Positions 10,671 through 22,090 of a DNA stretch of 64,000 nt are shown here, piece by piece. Both the position numbers and the translations under genes were made by a program. The notes beneath the pieces were generated by a model. The model saw only the letters and a program-made list of their open reading frames with translations, did not search any database and was not told the DNA's origin. How positions within the stretch are numbered: position 1 is the stretch's first letter; the number at the start of each line of letters is the position of its first letter. The stretch comes from Camelus dromedarius. Lineage: Eukaryota. The stretch is taken from NCBI RefSeq assembly GCF_036321535.1, contig NC_087437.1, forward strand, positions 56,546,001-56,610,000, written 5' to 3'.

Positions 10671-13600
10671 CATATTAGGCCAATTAAGATACATCATAGT
10701 CACGAATATGTCTCAGTGAAATATTTTGGTCGTTTCTCATTGAAACATTTTTATAACTGAGATATCCTATTGTACTAAGGTTAAAATGCTCACCAACAAG
10801 GTCTTTCCCAAGGCTGTCCTCTTGGCCTCCCTGAGCAAAGAGGGCTTTGCTAAAGGGGCCTCTAGCAAGGAAGTCATGTTGTCACCTGAAGCTTCTGCTC
10901 TTTTGCACTATAAAACCAGAAGGACAACAAACCCATAAAAGAACACCCAGTCACACTTGAGAAGCCAAGCGTGAGCTATTATGTTTGCTCTCCTCCCAGA
11001 GTGAGTCAAGTGTGCTATTTCACTTATCTTAGAGTGTTTGTAGACCCTTGGTCCTCATGTATTGTCTTCCATTTCTTTTACCTAACCTGTGTATAAGATG
11101 GAAAAGCAGAATTACTCTCCATTATTTAATGCTTTTTTCCCCCTTAAGTGGCTGAAGCTTTTTTCTGATGGAGTTCTGTCATATCTCAATGACTGCAAAG
11201 GATTAGACTGCAACAGCCATGTATCAGGAACAAAGTATGCAGCAGGCTTTGATGATCAAGGAGGTTCTAGTCTATCTTTGGGATTGGTTTCATCTTACCT
11301 GTACCCAAGGACAATCATAATGCTGGGCACAGAACTGCAATATGGAATTGGAAGGCAGAAGTTATTTGCTGTCATCACTTATTCACTACAAAAACTCTAA
11401 GCCAATGAGCACCTACTGTGGTTAGATACTGTATCAAAAGATAGAACACCAAGATAAATAACATTACTTAATCCAAGATACTTGCTGAACACTAACCATG
11501 TACCAGGTCTATTGTGAGTTCAAACATGACTGTATAATAATTCCTTCCCTCAGAATGTTCCTTCTAGAAAGACCCCGTAAGGGTAGGTAAGTGAACATTC
11601 ACATTGAAGAATCTCAGCATGCTATAGATTTGTGACTTTTTGGCTGAACACTTAAAGATTTACAAAAATAATTTCTTTGATCTCAGGTGTATTTATCTCC
11701 CTGTCACAAGATATAACTCTTGACTGTGTTTGCATACATGGTTGTGGTTGAAAGAATGTCGTTTGGGAGAGTTAATACATTTCTTTTAATAATGTTTGGT
11801 CATCTGAGTCCCTCTGTTATGAGATGCAGTAAACATTCCTGCATTATTTATGTCAAATTTTCATCACAGATCTGAAAAGTTAGAGGTTAGGAAGGAGGGA
11901 GAAAAAACTGAGACCTCTATAGTCAGTTTGCAAGATTATGTGGAAATAGTCATTTAAACAAGTTAATATTAGCCATATAACCAAGAGATGTCAATAAAGG
12001 GCAAATAATTCCTCTTTCAATGTGTCATCTTGGGATACACGGGGGACCTCTGACTGTGGCATTTTGTGATTCGTATGTAGGTGCCTTAATTTCCCAGAGT
12101 CTCCTCAGGGAAAAAAGATAAGTTTCCATTCTGCTTGTGATATGTATAAAAATTATGGGGTTGAAGCAACTTAATTCTTTCATCTGAGGTTTTGATGTTG
12201 GAATGTGTCCGACTTCCTAAGAAAATCCCTCTAAATATTGCTGCAGGGATGTCACAGTTTGATTCCTTTACTTGAGAAGTTTGTCTCCTTCTGACATCTG
12301 CCATGAAGTGGAAGGGAGATTGGACCTAAGTATGCTTTGGTCACTAACTGAATCCACAGTCCCAGTTAAATTATTCCAAAAGATTAATATTTGTTGTTTT
12401 TTTCAACCCAACAGAGTATATTAAATGAAACTCAACATTGTGGCCAAACTCAAGACATTATTAATATTATGCAGAGAAACTGTCCATCTTTTAAGCTACT
12501 ACTAGTCAATGAACTGGTATGAATCAATTACCTGGAAAAGCCACGTTTGATATTTGCTCACATATGAACTTCTCTTTAACCTTGGCCCTGATGGTTCACT
12601 GAAAATGTCATCACATTTTTCTTAAACTGGAGAAAATAGTTAATCTCTAGATTTAGAGTCTACTGGTTAAGTGTCAATGAAACTCACATGAGGGGGAGTT
12701 TCTATAAAAAAGGTCAGAGTCTAATCTATATTCCTAAGAATGTCTTACCGACTTCTTCAGTCAGTAAATCACATTAGAGCAATTAATCCATTTACATGAC
12801 TTAAAAAGTAGAGCACCTGTGAATATTTATTATTGTTTTAAGAATTTCTGAATGACTGAGACACCCATTTAACCCTATAAAAAGAACACCCATTAGACCA
12901 TCCTCAATCCACAGTTTGTGTTTCTTTGTCTGACCTCATCTGTTGGAAAGTCATGATGGCTATCTGGTTTCAAGTGTATCACTCCAGTGAAGTGACAGAA
13001 TCCTTCCAGAGCAAATACATTGCTTACTTCTTGCTCTGCTACTTGTTGCATGCACAAGCCATCTCTTTAGATGAGATGACCAACTTTGTAATACCTGGTT
13101 CTTTCTTTCTATGAAGCTGAGTTTGAGTATTTTCAGTCCAAGATGGGCAGTACCTAGAATAGCCTTCATATCAAAAAGGAGCCCATGAGATTGTGCTTTG
13201 TCTTTGTCTCTGGTCCCATTTTGTTTCTGTACAGACCAAGTCTACTGCTAAAGGCTGGTGAGGAAAAGTAGCAGTCTCCCAGACAACAGAGACTACTCCT
13301 AGAAATATTTTTTACCACAGCCAGAAGACCCTTTGAAGGGAAAATAGAGATTTCCCTGTGGATTTTTCCAAAAAGAATTTCCTATGAAACAAGTTGCTAT
13401 ATTTCCCTTCCTACTGGATTACTTCCTTACTTATTTCCATGACAAAGTAATGGTTTCAATGAACTTTCCTTGATGCATTTGTCACCCAGGAGAGTCGTTT
13501 TTGTCAAAAAGAGAAGCAACACATTGGAGGATAACCTTTTGAAACTAATATAAACTTTATTTTTCCTTGCCCAGTTGTACTACTAAAGAACATTTAATCT

Positions 13601-13829
13601 CCTAAATGACACTCCAGGCTCCTTTGCTATTCAGAAGAGAGAATTACCAGAAGGAGCTCTGATGACCGCATCCAGATTTAGATACAGAAAGAGGCTGCTG
13701 GCCTTTAGAGAACCATGAGCTCATTGGCCTGTACGTTATTTAACAAGACACTCAAATACATCAGGCAACCAGCCATATTTTAAACTATTAAATTTTAATA
13801 AAATCAATGCTCCATATAACAATAATAAT

Positions 13830-14190
13830 AATAAAATAAGTGGACCCACTATGTGCTGTCTCTGTATTAGGCACTCTACCAATACCATTTCCTTTAATTA
13901 CAAATCAATAATATGAGGTAAGTGTATTTATTATCTGTCTTTCCTTTTTACAGATGAGGAAGGTGGGTGTCAAATAAATTAGTAATAATAATTAATGCTT
14001 TTCCAGTGCTTATTGTTTGTCAGGCTCTGGTTTTAAAAACACAATCATATTAACTCATCTAATCTGTAATAAAACCCAAGTCATCCTCTTATCACTGCAT
14101 TGCACTGACTCTGATTCTCTACCGAGTTCATTACTCTGTGATTTATAGCAGCGATGGGCCTTGATTTCAGTCTGTGCTCTTACTCGCCAT
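13830..14190 (-). mobile_element. Two MIR fragments
   Basis: cactatgtgctg...atatgaggtaagtg...ttttacagatgaggaa, followed by a second head tgcttattgtttgtcaggctctg...catattaactcatctaatc. Confidence 0.6.
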
Positions 14191-14994
14191 ATTTTATGCT
14201 CCTATCTCTCGTTGACTACACACACCTGCACAAGCAGGTGGTAACAGAGTGTACAGAAACAATCTCTGCCCGTAAAAATTGCCCTTTTTGGTAGTGAAGC
14301 TGCTTACTCTCTTTTTAAGGGGCCTTCCAATCCCATTAACACCATAATAACATCTCCACGAATCAGTCTGGACTCATTAAGGACCTCTTCGTTATGACTC
14401 CTGCAACTTCAACTATTCAGTGAGCCAAGGGGTCTCCCACTCAATACATCCATGGAGTTTCTTTCCTAAAAGAACTGCTATCATTAGTAAGAAGTAGGCT
14501 ATTGCTAAAGATGTTCTTCTCTCACTAAGAAGACGCAAATGGCTGAATGGATGGCTGGACGATGAAAAGAACAAACCTCCTGTGGGAAGTCATACCAGCT
14601 TTACAGTGCTCAGCTCCTTGTTTTTCTAGGCAACAAAATGATGATGGTACATGAAGATATTAATGACAACGAGTCCAAACTTTAATTCAAATATTTTATG
14701 ATCCTCAAATATTCTCTGAAAAACAGGAAGGAAATATAATTTCTTTCTGGAAACATAAGATAATATTGAGAGAAAAGCAGAGAGGAAGATAGATTTTTGA
14801 GAGAAAAAGATTCTAAAGGTTTTGCTAAATTTATGACTAATAAGACCTTACATGTCATGGGAAATGAGACTAAACTAGAAGCAAGATGCTCAAGTTTAAA
14901 TCCACTTAAATTCTAGGATTCATTCTCACAGATAAAATATTGCTATATGTCATGGACTTTATTTTTATTAAAGAAAGTGATATGTTCTCACAGT

Positions 14995-15222
14995 CTTTCT
15001 TCCCTGGATTAATAGCAATCTCTTCCTTTTCTGAGCTCCTACAGTTCCCTACCTGGATCACCATATATTACTGTCATATTGTTAAACACTGGGCTCAATA
15101 TTATTATGTCATTTGATTCAACTTTACTGTAGGCTTTTTAAGGGTGAGGTCTATGAATTCTACCCCTTTATAGTTCCAGTTCCTTGCCAAAAGTGGGTGT
15201 TCACTAACTGTTGGTAGATTGA
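14995..15222 (+). mobile_element. LINE-2 3' end
   Basis: actgtaggctttttaagggtgaggtctatg...agtgggtgttcactaactgttggtagattga resembles the L2 terminus. Confidence 0.55.
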
Positions 15223-15764
15223 GATTAGAGCTCCATTAGAAAGGTATTCTTTTAAACTTAATACTTTCCAAACATCATCAGTGGAATTCAAGCTTATTAT
15301 TTACTGACTATTAATAATGACTGCATTAAACTAGAGACTTAACTTCACACAAATAGTTGCAACTAATTATAGAAATGTAAATATGATGATGGATACAATC
15401 ACTGAAACTATTGCTGGCTAACACAAGCTTATTATCTGCAGAATCACAAGTAGGCCTTTCTCTAAGAGACCGTGTTTTTGAGCTTTGGCATTTTCAGTAA
15501 GTGATGTATTTATACTAGCATCATATGGTGAAGAACTGGTATTTGTTGGATGTCTTCTCACAAAAGTGAAGGTAGAAACTAGACTCATATGACCAAAAAT
15601 AAATTGTAACCCCAATAGTGTTTCTGGTGGGGCGGGGTTCACTTTCTCATTTCAGCTTGAAGTGAACAGGGGAATTTTCAGTCTCACTCTTGGAGTTCAG
15701 GGGGCTATCGATCTGTGTAATACAGAGAGCTCAGTTGTACACGAGGACAGTGGAAAGGAATACA

Positions 15765-15875
15765 ATGGCATAGAGGAGGACAGCAGAAAGAGCACTCTAC
15801 CGAGTCAGGAGATTTGGATCTGATTAGAAGTCCTGGCACTGTTGACAGTTTTCCGTGTGACTTTGAATAAAGAGT
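15765..15875 (+). mobile_element. MIR fragment
   Basis: gaaagagcact...gagtcaggagatttggatct...gtgtgactttgaataa. Confidence 0.55.
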
Positions 15876-16242
15876 AAAGAACATCTCTACAGCAGTCTCT
15901 TCCCACCGTAACATACCGTGATTCCTCAAGAAACAAGCTTTGCATGCTTCCACCTTTGGTCCTGAGTCTGCTAATTCTCTTTCATCCCAGGACACTACAT
16001 CACTACCTGAGAGTCTCCCACCCTGGAGTGAAAATGTCCAGTTTGTTAAAAAAAAAAATCTATGATTGAAACAGCCTTTTGTGCTATAAAGAGTGGCAGA
16101 ATCTCAAGACATATAGTGACCACGCGATAAATAGTCTTGGCAGCTTGGGTGGCTGCCAGGTAAAGTGGGCGGCTTTATGTGATGCTGCTCACCTGTTTCC
16201 CCACTGCACAATTTTATTTGCTTTGGATAAGTTCTTCTTAAT

Positions 16243-16440
16243 AAATGCACTCAAGTCAGAAATCGAATGTCCTAGTTCTGCCTTCACTGCTTAATACTTT
16301 GTTATACAGGGCAAGTCACGTGTCGTCTTTCTTTGGCTTTAGCTCCCATGTGTAAAATAAGGACAGGAACATCTGCTGAACAGAATTTTCAGGACTGCTG
16401 AATGAACGTTTATCTAAAGTATTTATAAACTACTAAAATT
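16243..16440 (+). mobile_element. MIR SINE
   Basis: cctagttctgcc...gggcaagtcac...catgtgtaaaataagga. Confidence 0.6.
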
Positions 16441-16860
16441 AATCATATTCAAGGGATGATGATGGTAATGACACTTTTCAGAAAATAAAGATTTGTGGGA
16501 TATACAGTAATTCTTTCAGGTGTTTGTCCTCAAAAAGATGATTATACAGTGTCCTAAGTAAAATACCAGTAGTTCTGAAATAAAGTAGTTTCAAAATTTT
16601 ATTGACTTACTTTTAAACTTGAAACATCAACCAAGATTTGCCTTAATAAGACAGAACCATTCACCTGAATACAACCTATTCACTTTGTGAGAAAGTTAGT
16701 AATACTGCTGCAACTGTGACATGATCGTTACAATGATAGTGATAGTCATTTTGATAACGTTGATATCATGGTATCTCAAGAAGGCTACTTTCCAAAAAAG
16801 TTTTAAACCTTACAAAATGTATTTTTTTCCTAAGAGTGTGGCTTATTACCTAGCAAGAAA

Positions 16861-16868
16861 TGTGTGTG

Positions 16869-16899
<31 letters not shown>
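16861..16899 (+). repeat. Compound (TG)n(TA)nTn microsatellite
   Basis: Seen directly. Confidence 0.9.
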
Positions 16900-18245
16900 A
16901 TCTGCATCTTTTCTTGGGGATGTTGTGAAGTAGAGTAGAACAGTTATTCTTTCCGTGCAAAGGAAATCACGAGGGACTCAGAACAGATGTATACCCCCTG
17001 GGTTGGAAGAAGCAGGGAAGAAATTAGGTATCTACAGGGAAAGAATTCCCTTTCTTGTTTCGACGGAAACTGCTTTAGCTTCAAAAGGAGAATCTAGCCC
17101 CCTGAAAGCATGACCCCTAACAGGAACTCGCCTCAGAAGTCTAAAATGTTTTACCATATTTTTCAACACCTGCTTAGAAATCCGATTATTTCAAGACTTA
17201 GAACCCTTCAAACTCCAGAGCTGGTATTTTCATAGCCCAATTTGTTCAAATCCCGACGCTTCTGTATCGTGTACAGCCAGAGGGAGCTTGAGTCCGTTGC
17301 TTGCCTGGTAGCCCAGCAATCTCGTCATCACAATCCAGGATCTGGCAGCCTGTCCTCGTAAGCCACCATCACAACTGAGAGGTGTGACTTCATGTTCAAG
17401 ACCCTGGAGGAGCCAATCATGCAAAAGTGACTAGGGAGATTGAAGGCATTAATTAAAGAACTAATTCTTTGCAATTTTCTTCGGAAGGCATGGGAGGCAG
17501 CAACTGCTGTTTGGCTACTTCAGGGTTTGTGGTTAGAGCAGGGAAGGCACTTGAACAGGATTAAGCAAAGCTGACAGGCACACTCACTGGGATCGGTGGT
17601 ATGTGTTTATGCGCTATGATTCAGCTCAAAACGTAGAGGCAGAGAAAAATTTACTGACAGCTTAAAGACATAAAAGAAGAAAAATCCAGCTAAAGACTGG
17701 TAAGAAAACGTATCCAAGAGCATCTCACTTTAAAGAATGAAATGCTCTGGTTGCATGCTTGGAGTATTTTTTTCTATGAGCTAACTAAATTGTATAAAAT
17801 ACATAAATGTCATGATAAGGTAGGGATTTGCCTTTATATGGAAAACTCCAAGAATGTGATTGCTTATCCAAAGTTAATGAGATGCAGAATCATCAGAAGT
17901 TAAAAAGACATACCCTAGATAATAGCTGGCCAGGCAGGGAGACACAGTGTATTTTATCTTTGTGTTTTGTTTGTTTGTTTAAATGAAAAAGTGATTCTGT
18001 CTCATCTACTAAGTTGTTACATTGGACACTGGTTTTCAACTAGGTAACATACAAGAGGATCACCTGTAAAACAAAAAATAAAGTGGTGGTGGGAGGGAAG
18101 TCCTTACCCTTAAAAACTCTGACTTAAACATTTGAGGTCAGGATCCAGAAACTTGCCTGGTTAGACCAACTCTATATTTCACAGAAGATGTATCTATGCA
18201 AAAATACATTTATTCTGAGTTATTTTTCTCCATACATTAACTTCT

Positions 18246-18417
18246 TTTTTTCAATTGAAGTATAGTTGATTAATAATGTTGTGTTAGTTTCTGGTATACA
18301 GCACAGTGATTCAGATATATATATATATATCTGTTTCATTTTCTTTTTCAGTATAGGTTATTACAAGTTATTGAATATAGTTTCCTGTGCTATACAGTAG
18401 GACCTTGTTTTTCTCTG
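18246..18417 (-). mobile_element. Short L1 3'-end insertion (cetartiodactyl type)
   Basis: Poly-T, then ttgaagtatagttgatt...tttctggtatacagcacagtgattcag...tatacagtaggaccttg. TSD cattaacttct at 18235-18245 and 18418-18428. Confidence 0.93.
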
Positions 18418-18549
18418 CATTAACTTCTATAGCCAAATTCTTTCAAAACTGAATTTCTTTTCACTTACCTTATTTCTCTGTTAGACTATAAGAGAATGAG
18501 AAATAAACAAGTACTCTTTCCTGGAGTCACTGTTAATGTATTTATCACC

Positions 18550-18670
18550 AATTCCAATCAATAAGCATTTTCTGAATGTTAACTAGGGGTCAGACACTGT
18601 GCTAGGTTCACAAATTCGAAGATGAATAATACTCAGCTCCTGACCTCAAAGAGCTCACAGTTTAACTGCA
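18550..18670 (-). mobile_element. LINE-2 3' end
   Basis: caataagcattttctgaatg...cagacactgtgctagg...cctgacctcaaagagctcacagt. Confidence 0.75.
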
Positions 18671-18949
18671 AAGACACAGACCCAGTGCAGGAATAGTCAG
18701 ATCGGTGTCTTTCTCCCTTGGCACGACCTGGTACTAGCTAGTACTTTATATTGATCTCATAATTCTCATTACATTCTTTCTTATGTCATTGTATCCATGT
18801 CCATCACCCTAAGTAGACTGAGAGTTTCCAAAGGGTAAAGAAATATCTGCAGCTCTACAGGTACCCGTTGGCATAAAACAGGGATACATAAAGTAAAACT
18901 GATAAGAGAAAACAAGTAATGTAACTGTCTGTGTAAATTTGATTGTTCA

Positions 18950-19550
18950 CAATCATCCATCAAATTGTCTCAATTTTGAATAATGGTGTATAACCCACTT
19001 GGTTTCCAAACTAGAAAATTCAAAGTCATTTGCTCTATATCCCAATCCAAAGAGATTTGTGACAAAGGGCACAGAACCTGACAATATATTTCAGGGATTC
19101 TTTTCTTCTCTGTTCTCACTTTCATTGATTTACTTAAAAAAATCATCGTTTCTCACCTGTACTTCTGCCAAAGAACACTATATTGAATTTCAGATATTTT
19201 ATCGCTTACTCTGTCTTCTGTTTTCTCTCCAGAGCTATCTTACTAACAAGTAGATTTGATCTGCATTTCCTATGCTTAAAAACCTCTTTTGACTCTTCAT
19301 TGCTTATAAGGCAAAATCCAAACACTTCAGCAAATGAACCTTTTTCTTCTTTTGGCCTCAACTTGTATCCCCAGGCCCATCTGCAACCACCCACTGTCTT
19401 TCAAATACATCACATTCCTTAAACAGCCTGTATCTTCCCACACATTTCTCTGGGGAGGTCCTTCCTTATTTTTACGCCTGGTCAAGTCCTAATCAGGATG
19501 CAAACCAATCCTCAATATCACGTTTGTGAAACTTCCCTGAATTATTCCTC
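18950..19550 (+). mobile_element. LINE-2 fragment
   Basis: ccagagctatcttactaacaagtagatttgatc...tgcttaaaaacctctttt...ttgcttataaggcaaaatccaaac. Confidence 0.6.
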
Positions 19551-19993
19551 TAAAACTTCGGAGTATGACTCAAAGTCCCATTCTTACCACTAAGCCTATA
19601 TTTCTGAAATCTATCAGTCTGCAGGGAAAATGGAGTCACTCAGGCTTCCTCGCCAGGGCAATACACAGTCCTTTAAAGTAAGGTCATTACAACTGCAGGG
19701 ATTTCTTTCTAAAACACAGATAACTTTAGAAGAGCTAATACATTAACAGCATCCATGGAATTTACTTAACACTTCACAGTTTACAATAAATTTACATTTA
19801 TTCAATTTGAAACCAGGAAGACAAACATTTCTACTCAATAATATTCAAACCAGAGAGCTAGTCTCAGATTTTTTTCTGCAGTTAAATGTTTTCCTAGACC
19901 TGCTAAATTTCTCAGCTCTACTTTCCTGTGTACAAGTTCCCTCTCTCCTTCTCTCTCTCCCTTTCTGTCTCTCTGCCCACCCCTCCCAACAGA

Positions 19994-20657
19994 TGTAAAA
20001 CTGAACCGGACTTGAGCCTGCTTGTCTTCGAGCAGTAAAGCCAATCTACTGACACAGGGCTGTGGTGAAGGAGAGTGCAGTGATTATTACAAGATGCCTA
20101 ACATGGGGCCAAGCAAGGACAGGCAGCTCATGCTCAAAAGACCCGAACTCCCCGAGGGCTTTCTGTCAGGGAAGTGTTTTAAAGGCCGGGTGAGGGAGAG
20201 GGTCTTGTGGGGTGTGGAATCAGCTCATGGACATCCTTCTAACGGGCTGGTGGTGAGGTAATAGGGTGATGCTTTGGGAGTTAACATCATCAGCCTTCTG
20301 GTTCCAACTGGTCTGGGGTCTACGTGCTCAGAGTCAGCATGCAGTTAACTTCTTCCACCTTGTGGGGTAGGGGGTTCAAGTATCTGTCAAACAACTCAAG
20401 GATATGGCTTAGAATATCATCTATAGCTCTTGAGGAGGAACTAAAGGTCCTTGACTTTGTTTTATGGCTAAACTGTTATTATTTTGTCTTGCTTGAATTT
20501 TTCCCTTTGATTCTGCATTTTCTCACTTCTCTGATTAAATCTGCTCTTTGGAATGTGGTTAAGGCCTAGGAGGCTAAAGCTATTCTACAAACAAAAAGCA
20601 AAAGACATTGGGGGTGCTGGCCCCCAGAAAGTTTCCACAGAGTTCTACTTGGTTTTA
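19994..20657 (-). mobile_element. ERV1 solo LTR, MER41-like
   Basis: tgtaaaactgaaccggacttgag...agtaaagccaatctactgacac...gtggtgaagga...cagctcatgctcaaaagacccgaactcccc...gaggaggaactaaaggtccttgactttg closely resembles artiodactyl MER41-type LTRs. Confidence 0.8.
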
Positions 20658-21262
20658 ATATACAAAATATGCAATATATATATGTATATTAGTCAATTGT
20701 GTTTCTATTTTCCATTTTCTCTTTTGCTCTCTCTCTTAGACAAATCTCTCTGGAGCCTCAGTTTCTCCATCTATAAAATGAGTGTGTCACCCAGATATTT
20801 TTAAAAGCCTTCATCCAACCCCGTTTCCAGTTTCTGAATCAATTTCCTAGGCTGTCATTTAAATATAGTCAACCTATTTTTTATCATTAGCATCAGAAAG
20901 ATTAATCATTCTAATCTCTTTAAACTTTATAGTATTTTGTTCAATTAGTGTCCTAGTAGTCGCTGCTAGCCTATGATTTTGCATACAGTCGCCATTTCCA
21001 GACTTTCAAACGGAGCATCAAATGCAATGCAAAACTTCAAACTATGTTACTTATTAGTACATTCTGTTTCTTTTCAACACTAGATTCTTCAACACTGGTT
21101 TGTGGCCAAGTGATCTATTCCTAATCTTCTCAGCTTCATTTCTAATGTAATTCTAGCTGTGACTTGGCTTTGCATGATTCACCACAGAGTAGCTTCCAAA
21201 CTTTTCAAGCCTATAAACTCAAGTCAGGCCTCCATCTCAATTCACTCTTAAAAGTACGAAAG

Positions 21263-21865
21263 TGATGCAGGAAAACAGATGTGGGGCGTGAGAAGGGCCG
21301 TGTCCCAGGCTTCGGTTGGATGTGCCCCGCCAACTGTGGGTCCTTGGCTTCACTCAGGGAAGAATTCAAGAGCAGAGCGAGCCACAGTTGAGTCAAGGTA
21401 GATTTATTCAGAGAGATATATTGAAAGGCAAGAGAAAGGCCACGAGCTGTGTGGGTTAAAAGTAGATACACACCCTCTAGACAGAGTGTGGGTTGTCTCT
21501 GAATGGAGAGAGAGAGAGAGGTGGCCGCAAGGTTTTATGGGCTTGGTGGCTTCATATGCTAGTAAGCGAAAGGACCAGTCTAAGTAGCCTGGGGAAGAGG
21601 CTGGGATTCCCAGGAAGCTGGCCATTTCCCACTCTTTGACCTTTTGTGGCCAGCCTTGGGACTGCCATGGTGCCTGTGGGCGTGTTACTCACCATGTTAA
21701 TGTATTACAATGAGCATATAATGAAGCTCAAGATCTACTAGAAGTTAAATCTCTCATCATCCTGAGCCTCAGGGCCTCCTGGGGGTTGAATCTTTCACCA
21801 TTTTGATGTTAATTGCTGTAGCATTCCTTGAATGGCTGGGCCCTGCCCCCTCCCATCCTGTCTTA
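21263..21865 (-). mobile_element. ERV1-class solo LTR (lineage-specific)
   Basis: Ends are TG...TA (a decayed TG...CA). 4-bp TSD AAAG at 21259-21262 and 21866-21869. Minus-strand AATAAA near 21403. Contains gaagaattcaagagc..gagccacag, typical of ERV1 LTRs, and is GC-richer than its flanks. Confidence 0.85.
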
Positions 21866-21869
21866 AAAG

Positions 21870-22090
21870 GATCAAATGCATGGCAAGGTGAGATAGCGCT
21901 GTAGGAACTGGAAGTGACCTTAGAATTGATCTTCTCCAGCTCTTCTATCAGACAGGTGCAGGGGGGCACTGGGGCCCCGGGAGGAGATGTATGTAAGTAG
22001 AGTCATGCAAAAAATTTGTATCAAAGCCAGAACTGATTCCAGGTCTTCAATTCCTACCCTAGCCCTCTTTCAACAACATCATGCTGCCCT
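21870..22090 (-). mobile_element. MIR fragment
   Basis: ggaagtgaccttagaattgatcttctccagc...aaagccagaactgattccaggtcttc. Confidence 0.55.

Noticed and set aside
19994..21865. Two LTRs as the ends of one provirus
   Set aside because: The sequences are unrelated, the second has its own TSD, and no gag/pol sequence lies between them.
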